DNA of 64,000 nucleotides from positions 25,150-89,149 of the forward strand of contig ADNK01001243.1 in NCBI GenBank assembly GCA_000320545.1, in the 5' to 3' direction. Below, piece after piece: positions 24,538 to 34,270 of the stretch (the first letter of the stretch is position 1; every line of letters starts with the position of its first letter). The notes under the pieces are model-generated. The model had not been told where the DNA came from and did not search any database. It saw only the letters and a list, made by a program, of their open reading frames with translations. This DNA is from Bigelowiella natans CCMP2755 (lineage: Eukaryota > Protista > Cercozoa). The position numbers and the translations under genes are program-made.

Positions 24538-25278
24538 ATGACTAAAAAAGCATGTAAAAAATTAGATGTAAAACCCATATTAAAAAATAAATCTAAACAG
24601 ATGCACAATGATTACGGCTTGATTCCATCTTTTCCTAACAGATGCTTGTTCATAGCTCCTACTGGATCAGGTAAAAGTGTTGTGATAGTAAATTTATTAA
24701 CTCGTAAAAGATGTTTAAGAAACTTTTTTGATGTTGTTTCATTTTACTCTCCTAATGTGAATTACGAAGAAGAACACATAGAAACAAAAATAAAAAATGA
24801 AAAAGCAGAAATGAAGTTTGAAGAAAAGTTCAAAGAGAAAGAGTTTGGTGCTATGGTTCACAAATTAATGAAAGAGCAAAAAGAACTAAAAGACAAAAAG
24901 AAACCTATGAAAAAAACATTAATAACAATTGATGATTTCGCATCTGATGAAAAAGTGATGAAGAGCAAAACATTAAAAGATTTGTTCTTTGCTGGTAGAA
25001 AATGTGGTACATGTGTTTGGATTACCAGTCAGCATTACAAAATAGTTCAACCAGATGTTAGAACTAATGCGGAGCATCTCATCATGTTCAGTAGGCAACC
25101 CTCGAGTGAATTGAAAAAGATAGCTGAAGAAATGTCAATAGGTAAATACACCAAGAAAAAAATTATAGAAATGTTTGATGAAATGTCTACTACAGATTAT
25201 TCATTTTTACATTATGATCGTAAGCAACCAATGAATGAAAGATACATGATGAACTTTGAAAGTTTTATGAACATCTAA
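24538..25278 (+). CDS. A32-like (FtsK/HerA) genome-packaging ATPase
   Basis: Walker A FIAPTGSGKS, Walker B ITIDDF, GRKCG..VWITSQHYK and PDVRTNAEHLIMF; likely start ATG 24538 after a TCTA motif. Confidence 0.93.
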   Translation: MTKKACKKLDVKPILKNKSKQMHNDYGLIPSFPNRCLFIAPTGSGKSVVIVNLLTRKRCLRNFFDVVSFYSPNVNYEEEHIETKIKNEKAEMKFEEKFKEKEFGAMVHKLMKEQKELKDKKKPMKKTLITIDDFASDEKVMKSKTLKDLFFAGRKCGTCVWITSQHYKIVQPDVRTNAEHLIMFSRQPSSELKKIAEEMSIGKYTKKKIIEMFDEMSTTDYSFLHYDRKQPMNERYMMNFESFMNI

Positions 25279-25289
25279 ACATGGTCAAC

Positions 25290-25640
25290 ATGGATGAACT
25301 TTTACCAGAATTACATTTAAAAAAATCAGGGTCAAATCACAATCATTTGACAGTCGTCCAAAAAAAATTAGTAAATCCTTTTTTGTGTTTAAAAAAACCA
25401 ACTGTAATGCCTGATTCTCGTTTTTTTATGAGAAAAGAACTACCTGTAAGCATCAAACGAACATTTAAAAGGTGTCAAATGTCAATTAATTATTGTCTAA
25501 ATGATGATGATAACATGTGGGAAATGACAATTCTTCACCACCAAAACCAAAACCAATTCACTTTCACAAGCCACATTTTCCAAAACCAAAACCAATTCAC
25601 ATTCCAAGAATTCCTACAGAAAAAGCAACTAAGCCTATAG
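25290..25640 (+). CDS. Viral hypothetical protein; 3' part probably read-through into the next gene
   Basis: ATG at 25290 lies 12 nt after TCTA; the ORF overlaps 25517-26080 out of frame. Confidence 0.4.
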   Translation: MDELLPELHLKKSGSNHNHLTVVQKKLVNPFLCLKKPTVMPDSRFFMRKELPVSIKRTFKRCQMSINYCLNDDDNMWEMTILHHQNQNQFTFTSHIFQNQNQFTFQEFLQKKQLSL

Positions 25641-26080
25641 ACAAAGGAACAAAAAAAGGAGCAAATCATGTTAAAAACAAACTAACACATCCCGTTACTA
25701 CTGCAAATGAAGCTAAACGAGCATCAAACAAATTGGATTCCATGTCTCACGGTAGTCTTGGTATTGTGTATCAAGGAGCTCAGATGGTGTTTCCAGAATT
25801 TGGATTAGCCGTTACATTAGCTACTGTAGCAGATGAAATGGCTCACAATGATGGTAAGTCATCTAAAAAAACATTAAAAAACATCTTGTTAAACAAGGCT
25901 ACAGGAGGTGCTCATGGTGATTATCAAAATCTTAGAACCATTGAAAAATCAGAGCTTGTGTCTAAAATGGAAAACAAATTCAATGTAGATTTACACGACT
26001 TACCAGATGTTGATAGGGCAATTCCAGTTTCAATTAATGGTAAAGTTTCTGTTGATGATGCTACTAAAAAGTTTGGATAA
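25517..26080 (+). CDS. Putative N-myristoylated virion protein
   Basis: MGNDNS N-terminus (start now GTG), duplicated PKPKPIH, hydrophobic segment AQMVFPEFGLAVTLATVA. Confidence 0.6.
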   Translation: MGNDNSSPPKPKPIHFHKPHFPKPKPIHIPRIPTEKATKPIDKGTKKGANHVKNKLTHPVTTANEAKRASNKLDSMSHGSLGIVYQGAQMVFPEFGLAVTLATVADEMAHNDGKSSKKTLKNILLNKATGGAHGDYQNLRTIEKSELVSKMENKFNVDLHDLPDVDRAIPVSINGKVSVDDATKKFG

Positions 26081-26084
26081 ATCA

Positions 26085-26447
26085 TCACTTTTTCTCATCT
26101 TCTTTGATTTTAGGAGATGGTAAAAATGTTCCAAGTGTTAGAATGACAACATTTAGAAATGCATTTCTTTCAGATGGGTTTCCTACTGTCATAACTTGAA
26201 TCACACTGAACATCAAAACACTAAATGTTACACCAGATTTTAGGAAAAACTCTAAAGCCCTTTTGTCAGAAGTTGAACAACAAGACTGGTAAGCATTGAT
26301 GTATTTTTCATCCTCTAATTCTTTTCTGTGTATGACCTCTTCTATTATTTTATCTTTGCATTCTTTAGTGTTACTAATGTTCATAACAGTGTCTTTTTGT
26401 TGTTTTTCGTCTACTTTGTGTTCAATCGATTGTGGAATTATCATCAT
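26085..26447 (-). CDS. Small two-TM viral membrane protein
   Basis: SCC..DKRALEFF followed by two hydrophobic helices ending LGTFLPSP. Confidence 0.7.
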   Translation of the reverse strand: MMIIPQSIEHKVDEKQQKDTVMNISNTKECKDKIIEEVIHRKELEDEKYINAYQSCCSTSDKRALEFFLKSGVTFSVLMFSVIQVMTVGNPSERNAFLNVVILTLGTFLPSPKIKEDEKK

Positions 26448-26500
26448 AAATAGTCATGAATGAAATGCCATAATAATTTTTTTCTGTTCTTGTGATGACA

Positions 26501-27394
26501 ATGGGATCATTTGACAAGATAAAAGATGGATTCAAAAAAGCTGCAAATGATGTAAAAAAAACATCAGGGCATGTAACAAGACAAATCAAAAAAGATTTTG
26601 CAAAAGCAGGAGATGCCATCAAAGATGCATCTATCATGGCAGGTGATGAAATTAAAAAAGGAGCCCATGAAGTTGGAGATCAACTAAAAAAACAAGAAGT
26701 CCAACAGGCACTCGCAGGGACTGGAATTGCTTTGGCTAATGTTGCTACAGGAGGGGCATTTGCTCCAGAATTAATGGTAGGTGGATTAGCAATTCAAGGT
26801 GCAATCGAAGCTGCTAATGCAAAATCTTTACCTTGTGATACCATGCTACAGGCAGGAACAGCACATGCTACTGGTGAAATAGATTTTAACAAAAGAGGTA
26901 AGGGAGTGTCAAGTTTTAGCGAAGGTATTTCTAATTTAAGAGAAGAAGGTATGAAACGATTTGATGGTGTTGAAGATGAACTAAGTGATGAAGCGATCAA
27001 GCGATGTGACAATGTCAAAAGAAAAGTGGAAAATAGATTAGGATTTGATCCAACACAAATGCAATCTACAGATGAAGCTACAGATTTATTAAAAGCACAA
27101 ATTGATAGGAATGGAAAATTAGAGCAACAGCTAATGGATTTAAGAAGTGGAAAAGCGTTAGAAAATTTAACAAATGAAGCAAAAAGTGAATTAAAAAAAG
27201 AAGTAAGTAGTCAAGGCAATAAAATACTAAATGATGTTTTAGGTAAAGTATCTCAAAAGAAAAGCAAAGTGAAAAAAGCCACAAAAAAAGTTGAGAAGAA
27301 GGTGAAATCTTCTAAACGTAAAATGGCTGATGTCATTAAAAAGATGAAACAAAATCAACAGAGATACAGAATGTCAAGTGGTATTATGAATTGA
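26501..27394 (+). CDS. Viral helical/coiled-coil protein with Gly/Ala-rich hydrophobic segment
   Basis: Long ORF immediately before the MCP; ALAGTGIALANVATGGAFAPELMVGGLAI; basic C-terminus. Confidence 0.7.
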   Translation: MGSFDKIKDGFKKAANDVKKTSGHVTRQIKKDFAKAGDAIKDASIMAGDEIKKGAHEVGDQLKKQEVQQALAGTGIALANVATGGAFAPELMVGGLAIQGAIEAANAKSLPCDTMLQAGTAHATGEIDFNKRGKGVSSFSEGISNLREEGMKRFDGVEDELSDEAIKRCDNVKRKVENRLGFDPTQMQSTDEATDLLKAQIDRNGKLEQQLMDLRSGKALENLTNEAKSELKKEVSSQGNKILNDVLGKVSQKKSKVKKATKKVEKKVKSSKRKMADVIKKMKQNQQRYRMSSGIMN

Positions 27395-27461
27395 AAAAAA
27401 AATGTTATGAAAAAATTATATTCGTTTTGATATGATTTTTTTTCATCTACACATTGTTAAC

Positions 27462-29129
27462 ATGGATGCAATTAGTAAAACTACCGATGTTAGTAGATTT
27501 CCAGAAATGGACTACAGTTTACCCCCTATGGATAAAATTTTTATTGATTCAGTCTCTCATTTTAGAGAAGAGATGAAAAATAGTAACAATGCTGAAAAAG
27601 CGAACACCAAAATGCGTTTTTTCATTCCAGCTCAACAAAGAGCAGTAGACCCATCTGAATTATATTTTCAATTAAATGTTGCTGCCAGAACAGCTGGAGA
27701 TGCTGATTTACCAGCGGTTGACCAATTAAGATTAAGACTTGCTGAAGGTGGAGTTCATTCTCTCTTTAGAGAGATGATTGTTAGAGATGGTAGAGGTAAT
27801 GTCATTGAAAAAATTAATAACTACAACCTTGTTACTAAAATTTTACAAGATGCTTTGTTAACTAAAGAAGTTAAAAATAATTCATTAAATGTGGAAGGTG
27901 TTTGCAATGACCAAGGATTGTTTAACACAGTTCATAGCAAATTTGATGTTACTGGCAACACCTTAGAATTAAAAGCACCTGTGGCTCAGGTCGTAGCTAA
28001 TACTCTTCCAGCAGGTGCGCTTAATTTTGGTGCTGCCAATGCTGCTCCTGTTGCTGCTGTGATCACTCCCGCTTCACCATCAAGAGTACTTGGTGTAGGA
28101 ACTCAATTCTTAACTCAACTAAGACCAGGTTCTGTTGTTAAATTTGATGGAAATAGTCACACAGTTGCTCATGTTGCATCTGATGCAGAATTTGTATCTG
28201 CTACTAACATTGCTGCTGATGCTGCTGCTGCTAACATTGTTGCTGGTAGAGATTTTGTTGAAGGATTACTTGAAACAGAAAGTCGTTACAAAAAATTCCA
28301 TCACGATAGACTTTTTACACCAGATGGAGCTGTTCATTGCTTCCAACCATGCTGCTCCGGATTTTTATCTCAAAACAAATACCTTCATCTTGATCATTGT
28401 GGTGGGTTAGAATTTGAATTTACTTTAGATAGCAATGCCATGATTTTCGATGACACTAACACAGCAGGTAATGCTAATATTTTCATTAAACAAGGCTATG
28501 TTCATTGCACTGCTCTTGAATTTTCACCAGTTGTTGAAGCTGCTCTTGCTAAAGCACATGTGAGAGGATCATCTATGAGTTTCCCTGTGTACCATGTAGT
28601 TAGTAGAACACAAAATGCTTCTACCTCTGTTTCTCAGGAATATCAAGAAAGTTTAGCAATTCTCAAAATGGTCAAAATTGTTAGTGGACCAACTGGGTTT
28701 GATGCAAATACTGGAGCATCATTTTTCTTTGAAGATCTAACCAGTGCTGAAAGAATTTGCTGGGAGATCAACAAACAAAGATTTACTGAGTGTGGCAATG
28801 ATGACATTTTACCTCAAGTTGTTTTTGTGAATGACAGAATTGGCAAAAATCTGTTAGGAGATTACAAACATGCTACAATTTCTTGTGGAGAATTCAAAGA
28901 AGCAGGTAAATCTGCTTTAATTTTCAACACCCAAAACCATGAAGAAGGTAATTACACAGGAGTTAACACCAACCGAGCAACTATGAGACTTAAAATTGAA
29001 GGAGGAGATGGTGCTGCTGGTGCTTTACAACCTGGAATTGCTAATGTAGGTAGACAAATCGATGTGTTAATGATGCACGAGCAATACATCATGTTAAAAG
29101 ATGGAGAAAGTATGACCGTGCGATCTTAG
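27462..29129 (+). CDS. Major capsid protein (double jelly-roll, PLV type)
   Basis: RFFIP...VDPSELYFQLNV, GGVHSLFREMIVRDGRGNVIEKINNYNLVTKIL and SGFLSQNKYLHL...GLEFEFTL follow the PLV MCP pattern; size and position next to mCP and ATPase fit. Confidence 0.85.
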   Translation: MDAISKTTDVSRFPEMDYSLPPMDKIFIDSVSHFREEMKNSNNAEKANTKMRFFIPAQQRAVDPSELYFQLNVAARTAGDADLPAVDQLRLRLAEGGVHSLFREMIVRDGRGNVIEKINNYNLVTKILQDALLTKEVKNNSLNVEGVCNDQGLFNTVHSKFDVTGNTLELKAPVAQVVANTLPAGALNFGAANAAPVAAVITPASPSRVLGVGTQFLTQLRPGSVVKFDGNSHTVAHVASDAEFVSATNIAADAAAANIVAGRDFVEGLLETESRYKKFHHDRLFTPDGAVHCFQPCCSGFLSQNKYLHLDHCGGLEFEFTLDSNAMIFDDTNTAGNANIFIKQGYVHCTALEFSPVVEAALAKAHVRGSSMSFPVYHVVSRTQNASTSVSQEYQESLAILKMVKIVSGPTGFDANTGASFFFEDLTSAERICWEINKQRFTECGNDDILPQVVFVNDRIGKNLLGDYKHATISCGEFKEAGKSALIFNTQNHEEGNYTGVNTNRATMRLKIEGGDGAAGALQPGIANVGRQIDVLMMHEQYIMLKDGESMTVRS

Positions 29130-29197
29130 ATTGTTTCATTGTTCTTAAATTCCACCAAAATTTATGTCATAAAAATTCATTTCTAACATGAATTAAT

Positions 29198-29914
29198 ATG
29201 AAACAACACAAAATTTATTTTAATAGCAAAGATGGAATTACTGGAACAACCAATGATTTAAATTATCAATTAAATAGTGCAATTGACAATGCATCTTCTA
29301 TTTCTATTACAAGAGTAAGATTTCCAATTACTTGTTACAATGTGTCAGCTAAAAATAACATTTTAGAAATTGAGAATAGTTCTGGAAACAAAACAAGTAT
29401 GGAATTAACAAAACAAAATTACAGTGCTACTGAATTAGTAACAGAATTACAAACTAAACTTTCAACTAATGCCTCATCAGTAGGAACTTTTACTCCTGTG
29501 CACAATGCTAAAACAGGAAAATTTAGTACAGGTTGTAGTGATAGTTTCAAAATAATTAAAAACGAATGCTCTAAATTTTTAGGTTACAATGACACTACAT
29601 CTCTCTCTGCATTACATGTAGCAGATAACATGAGTAATCTTTCGCCAAAACCTGTTTACATCCAAACTGATTTACAACTGGATGCAGAATTAGCAGGTCA
29701 ATTATCAAACATAGTTTATGAAGTTAGTGGCGATGTTTCTTTTGGAAGTATTTTGCATGATGATGAAAAACCAAGTGAAAGAGTAGAACTAATGAAAAAA
29801 AAGAATGTAAGCAACTTAAAATTTGCATTAGTAGATGGAGATGGAGATGAAATTGAAAATAATGGCATAGATTATTCTATGACAGTATCTTTGTTTTATC
29901 AGACTAAGGAATAA
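29198..29914 (+). CDS. Minor capsid (penton) protein
   Basis: IYFNSKDG..GT...ISITRVRFPITCYNVSAKNN and C-terminal FALVDGDGDEIENNGIDYSMTV follow the PLV/Polinton mCP pattern. Confidence 0.8.
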   Translation: MKQHKIYFNSKDGITGTTNDLNYQLNSAIDNASSISITRVRFPITCYNVSAKNNILEIENSSGNKTSMELTKQNYSATELVTELQTKLSTNASSVGTFTPVHNAKTGKFSTGCSDSFKIIKNECSKFLGYNDTTSLSALHVADNMSNLSPKPVYIQTDLQLDAELAGQLSNIVYEVSGDVSFGSILHDDEKPSERVELMKKKNVSNLKFALVDGDGDEIENNGIDYSMTVSLFYQTKE

Positions 29915-29945
29915 GAAAAAAAATATCTAATCATCATTAATAAAA

Positions 29946-31490
29946 ATGAGTGTTAGCATTACAGGTAAACTTGTTCCTAACCCTAATGTGTCTGGTGGAA
30001 CAAACAATGACAACAATTCTTCAGCAGGAGGTGTAGTTGGGATCACGAGCAATTCGAATGACATTAATTTTGATAAAGGAGTTTCTGTGAATGGTATAAA
30101 ATTTCAAAACACAGGAAACCAAAACGGACTTTTTATGGGTGTTGATTTGTCTGGTAATTCGTCTATGGAAATGGTCTCTCCAACAACCTACATTGATTTT
30201 GTACATCAATTAGGTTCTGATTATGCGAATCGCATTCTGTCAAAAAATGACGGTATTCACTTCACAGGGGATTTGCATGTGGGTATCATTAGACCTAATT
30301 GTACATCTTCAAGTACAATGACATCTACGAATGGAACTTTTAATGCTATTAATTTAGACGGTGTCCCTTTGAATCCAAGAAATTGTTTAGTTCACGGGAT
30401 TACATCTGACATTGTAAGTGGAAACATAAATTTTACTATAAATTCTAATTTTCAAGAAAAATTAACAACATTAGGTGATCATAATCTTTCAAATAAAATG
30501 ACAAACGATGCTACAAATGGTTTGATTATTAATGCTAATGATGTTAACAATGCAAGTGTTTCATTAACTAAAGTATCAAAGTTTTCTTCATCTGCATTAG
30601 GAAAAGAACCAAAAATAATTAACATTGATAATGATTTGCAATTGTCTAATCATTCAGGTGTGCCTTCAATGAGGTTCAAAGATGACACTGGTAATGTTCA
30701 AATTTTATGTAATGAATTAGAGGTAATAGATAACATGGGGCAGGTAAAATTAAAGATGTTAGAAAAAATGAATAACACAGAAAACAAACTTAATCCAATC
30801 ACTTTGTCATCTAATAACGAACATCAATTTTCAAGTTCCATTTTTGTAAATGGTTTGAGAAGCACAACACAACCTCATATCGATGGTATTTGTTTAGGAA
30901 AAGACATTCATAACAGTAGTAGTATTGACTTCGTTAGTCCAACATGCTACATTGATTTCGTTCATAACAATTTGGGAACAGATTATGCAAATCGGATTTT
31001 ATCAAACAATGATGGCATTCACATTGCAGGTGACATGCATGTGAATGATGCTAAAATTGCTGGAGATGTTACATTTCAAGGTTCATTGTTATCTAACACA
31101 ATAACAGATTTAACAAATAGATTAAATGCAATTGAAGCATTAGCTACAAGCAATAGCAACAACATTCAAAATGGATTTAGTAATGTGAATGTCCCCATCA
31201 TGAGAGTCATTAATAATTCATCTACTGTTGTTTTCTTTGAAAGTGGCAATCAGCCACCTTTTTATAATCCTCGTGTAGAAAGTGGTAAATCTACAGTTTT
31301 AGAATATGCTTCAAATGTTGTGTCATTAAATGTTCGTTCAAGTTCTCCATCACATAATGCTTTCAATCTTACAGCAGACAAAGCAGTTAGTATAAATTCT
31401 GGTTCTGATCCTAACATGCCAACTGGAGCTCAATATAGAGTCGAATTAAATGGTCAGAATTTTGTAACTTTTACTATTTCTAATCCATAA
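29946..31490 (+). CDS. Putative fibre/spike protein with an internal duplicated module
   Basis: Asn/Ser-rich beta protein with two copies of VSPTxYIDFVH..LGxDYANRILSxNDGIHxxGDxHV; follows the penton gene. Confidence 0.6.
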   Translation: MSVSITGKLVPNPNVSGGTNNDNNSSAGGVVGITSNSNDINFDKGVSVNGIKFQNTGNQNGLFMGVDLSGNSSMEMVSPTTYIDFVHQLGSDYANRILSKNDGIHFTGDLHVGIIRPNCTSSSTMTSTNGTFNAINLDGVPLNPRNCLVHGITSDIVSGNINFTINSNFQEKLTTLGDHNLSNKMTNDATNGLIINANDVNNASVSLTKVSKFSSSALGKEPKIINIDNDLQLSNHSGVPSMRFKDDTGNVQILCNELEVIDNMGQVKLKMLEKMNNTENKLNPITLSSNNEHQFSSSIFVNGLRSTTQPHIDGICLGKDIHNSSSIDFVSPTCYIDFVHNNLGTDYANRILSNNDGIHIAGDMHVNDAKIAGDVTFQGSLLSNTITDLTNRLNAIEALATSNSNNIQNGFSNVNVPIMRVINNSSTVVFFESGNQPPFYNPRVESGKSTVLEYASNVVSLNVRSSSPSHNAFNLTADKAVSINSGSDPNMPTGAQYRVELNGQNFVTFTISNP

Positions 31491-31540
31491 TAGTCTTTCG
31501 TTTAAAATTGAAAAAAAATATATAGTTATATCATAATCAT

Positions 31541-31990
31541 GTGGATAATGTTAGTAATGTTCGAGAAACTTTGAAAGGTTACAGAGTAACACAATTAAAA
31601 GAATTATGTCGTGAAGTAGGAATATCTCAATGTGCGAGAAACAAAAAAACTTTAATAGACAGATTGACACCCATGGTTCTAAAAAGTGCTGGGTGTGAAG
31701 TCGTTTCTATTGAAAAAGAAGAGGAGGTAAAAAAAGAAGCTAAAACAATCAAAAGAGTTCCAGTTAAAAATAGTGTCAAAAAGAAAGAAGAAAAAATTAG
31801 TCTTGAATCAAAAGAAGATAGCAATGATGAAAAAGTAAGTGTAGAAATAGAAGAAGATAGTAATGATGAAAGTTCAATAACTGAATCACCACAGGAAGAT
31901 CAAATTAATGTCAATCTTTCTAATGGAAGGAACAATAATTGTTTTATTAACTTTAGGTATATGTGTGATGATTGGATACATATTTGGTAG
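31541..31990 (+). CDS. Protein with Rho-N/SAP-like helix-extension-helix and acidic tail
   Basis: LKGYRVTQLKELCREVGISQCARNKKTLIDRL; GTG start; original stop possibly at 31901 (CAA). Confidence 0.6.
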   Translation: MDNVSNVRETLKGYRVTQLKELCREVGISQCARNKKTLIDRLTPMVLKSAGCEVVSIEKEEEVKKEAKTIKRVPVKNSVKKKEEKISLESKEDSNDEKVSVEIEEDSNDESSITESPQEDQINVNLSNGRNNNCFINFRYMCDDWIHIW

Positions 31991-32048
31991 AGTGTCGGCC
32001 TCAATTACTGATTTAGACCCCACTAACGATCACTTGATTACACATTAA
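31908..32048 (+). CDS. Small single-TM protein (not in ORF track)
   Basis: MSIFLMEGTIIVLLTLGICVMIGYIFGRVSASITDLDPTNDHLITH*, read by hand. Confidence 0.45.
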   Translation: MSIFLMEGTIIVLLTLGICVMIGYIFGRVSASITDLDPTNDHLITH

Positions 32049-32103
32049 AAAATTATTTTTTTTTGAAATTTTGTTTGTAAAAATTATCTAAATCTTTATA
32101 AAT

Positions 32104-32712
32104 GTGAGTTCTTCAACCGCAACTTTTAGAAATAATGTCCTCGTGGAAGGAACATTGAGTGGATTAACAATTACAAGAATCGACCAAGAGAAAACCCAAG
32201 TACTTAATAGTCTCAATCAACACATTACCGATTTCCAAGCAGAACAGACTGCTACTCAAACTGAAAGAGATGCTCTTTCAGCAGCATTAACTCAGGCTCA
32301 AACAGACACTACTAATGCAATTGCAGGAGTTCAGTTACAAATTGATGATAACAAGACAGACATAGAAGGAAAACTAGCAAATGAAGTCAATGCGAGACTT
32401 TCTCTCGCTTCAGAAGTGAGCACAAGAAATGCATTTGTGGATTCTGAAATTGTAAGGCTAGACCAACAACATGCTGACGATGATGCTAGATCAACAAATG
32501 CAGAAACTCGTTTGGACAACATTGATGTAGATTTACAAAATCAAATTGATAGTGCTGTAAATCAACTTAATATTAATCATCAAAATGTTGAACCAAGAAC
32601 AGCAAAGCTCGAGGAACATTTAGTGATCGATGAGTCTGACCCAGCAAACCCAGTCGTAAGCATTAAAGCAGGAGTGAAATTCGTTGTCACTGGTGATTTC
32701 GAACATGCTTAG
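32104..32712 (+). CDS. Coiled-coil viral protein (fibre/stalk-like)
   Basis: Heptad-rich 202-aa ORF; GTG start 13 nt after TCTA. Confidence 0.7.
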   Translation: MSSSTATFRNNVLVEGTLSGLTITRIDQEKTQVLNSLNQHITDFQAEQTATQTERDALSAALTQAQTDTTNAIAGVQLQIDDNKTDIEGKLANEVNARLSLASEVSTRNAFVDSEIVRLDQQHADDDARSTNAETRLDNIDVDLQNQIDSAVNQLNINHQNVEPRTAKLEEHLVIDESDPANPVVSIKAGVKFVVTGDFEHA

Positions 32713-32761
32713 ATTGCAAATGTGATTTAAATAACATGTAAAAATCTAACAATTAATGATA

Positions 32762-33004
32762 ATGTCTAATATTAAGGGTGGTGGTGCTATTTTCAAAGAA
32801 AGACCCACAATGTCAAATGATGTTGTAGGTCAAACAATGGATACTATTAATCAACAATTAAATGATAACAAGACCCAAAACACAGAAAATAAATTACAAC
32901 TTGATTTTTTAAAAGAAGTTTTTACAATAGACAAAGAAAACAAAACTGTTACGATGAATCCTGAATACAAACTCATCATTCCTAATGATTTAATTCAAGG
33001 ATAG
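32762..33004 (+). CDS. Small viral protein, C-terminus similar to the preceding ORF
   Basis: LKEVFTIDKENKTVTMNPEYKLIIPNDL vs LEEHLVIDESDPANPVVSIKAGVKFVVTGDF; TCTA upstream. Confidence 0.6.
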   Translation: MSNIKGGGAIFKERPTMSNDVVGQTMDTINQQLNDNKTQNTENKLQLDFLKEVFTIDKENKTVTMNPEYKLIIPNDLIQG

Positions 33005-33042
33005 TTCGTTTAAAATAGTATAGTTTTTTATAGTCATAAGTA

Positions 33043-33660
33043 ATGACTACAAAAAATGTTACGTTTTACAGAATTACATGTTTAACCACAAGAGAAACAT
33101 GTGTAGGTTCTACTACTATGGATCCAAAAGTGAGATTACAAATGCATGTTGCTAATTTTAGAGCATACAAGAAAGGTTTTGGTAATTGTTGTTCTTCCTT
33201 TCAAATCATAGAAAGAGATAATTACATGTTTCAAATAATTTCGGTAGTAGATGCTAAAAAAATATCGGTTCATCAGAAACGAAAGAAAGAAGCTGAACTG
33301 ATAGCAGAAGAGAAGACAAAAAGAAATTGTGTCAACAAAAATGTCCCAGGTAGAGATGTAAAACAATACAGAATAGATAATGGAGATTACATCAATGCCT
33401 ATGCGAGAGATTATTATCATGATGAAACGAAACACGACAAAATATATTGTTGCTTTTGTGACAGATTTGTGATCAAAAAACATTATGACAAACATATTCA
33501 TTGTAAAAAGCATATAAAAAATCTTCTCAAATTAAATAATGAAAATAAAAATACCAGCGAAAGTAAGCAAGAAAGCAAGATTAGCATTGAAATTGAAAAA
33601 ATTAGGTTGGAAAGGAATGACAGAGACAGGAATAAACAGAGCAAAGCAATTAGCACATGA
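33043..33660 (+). CDS. GIY-YIG endonuclease with C-terminal Zn finger (second motif Tyr changed to Cys)
   Basis: TFYRITC...ETCVGST...RLQMH...KEAELI...CVNKNVPGR, then CCFCDRFV..HYDKHIHCKKH. Confidence 0.8.
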   Translation: MTTKNVTFYRITCLTTRETCVGSTTMDPKVRLQMHVANFRAYKKGFGNCCSSFQIIERDNYMFQIISVVDAKKISVHQKRKKEAELIAEEKTKRNCVNKNVPGRDVKQYRIDNGDYINAYARDYYHDETKHDKIYCCFCDRFVIKKHYDKHIHCKKHIKNLLKLNNENKNTSESKQESKISIEIEKIRLERNDRDRNKQSKAIST

Positions 33661-34270
33661 CGATGCTATAGACATTGAAGATATTGTGGTGATGAATGCT
33701 TGGTTTAGTAGACATCAATACGTATCAAAAATAGGTTATGATAAATGGAAAGCACAAGGGAAACCAATGGATCAAGGACAAAGAAACAGGAGAAGAGGTG
33801 CCGTAAGTTGGGCCGGATGGGGGGGAGATGCTGGTTTTGATTGGATTAATAGCAAAAAGGTTCAAGATAAAATTAAAAAATATAAGATAAGCATCAATGA
33901 GAAGTATGTTCCAAAATCTCTTAGTAAAGAAGATAGGAAAAAACAAATAGAGAGCATTTTTTATGGTAGAGCACGGCCTAAATTAAGAAGTTTCAAAAGC
34001 AAGAAATCTAAATGGACTGTTAAAGCTGACAAGTATTTCAAAGGTGATACATCCTCATCTAATGTGACTAAAGTTTTAGATGTTCCTTTAAAAGCATTAA
34101 AAAAAATTATGAAAAAAGGTGAAGGAGCTTACTACTCTGGGGGATCAAGACCGAATCAAAGTGCTGAGTCGTGGTCAAGAGCCCGTCTGTATTCTGTTCT
34201 GTTTGGTGGACCATCTCGTGATGTTGATAAAAAGATTGTAAGCAAATATGATATTCCTTTATTGAAATAA
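33539..34270 (+). CDS. Two-domain basic protein of large-DNA-virus type (C-terminal DUF5824-like)
   Basis: N-domain GINRAKQLA...MNAWFSRH...VSWAGWGGDAG; C-domain KYVPKSLS...KGEGAYYSGGSRPNQSAESWSRARL. Family assignment is from memory. Confidence 0.6.
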   Translation: MKIKIPAKVSKKARLALKLKKLGWKGMTETGINRAKQLAHDDAIDIEDIVVMNAWFSRHQYVSKIGYDKWKAQGKPMDQGQRNRRRGAVSWAGWGGDAGFDWINSKKVQDKIKKYKISINEKYVPKSLSKEDRKKQIESIFYGRARPKLRSFKSKKSKWTVKADKYFKGDTSSSNVTKVLDVPLKALKKIMKKGEGAYYSGGSRPNQSAESWSRARLYSVLFGGPSRDVDKKIVSKYDIPLLK

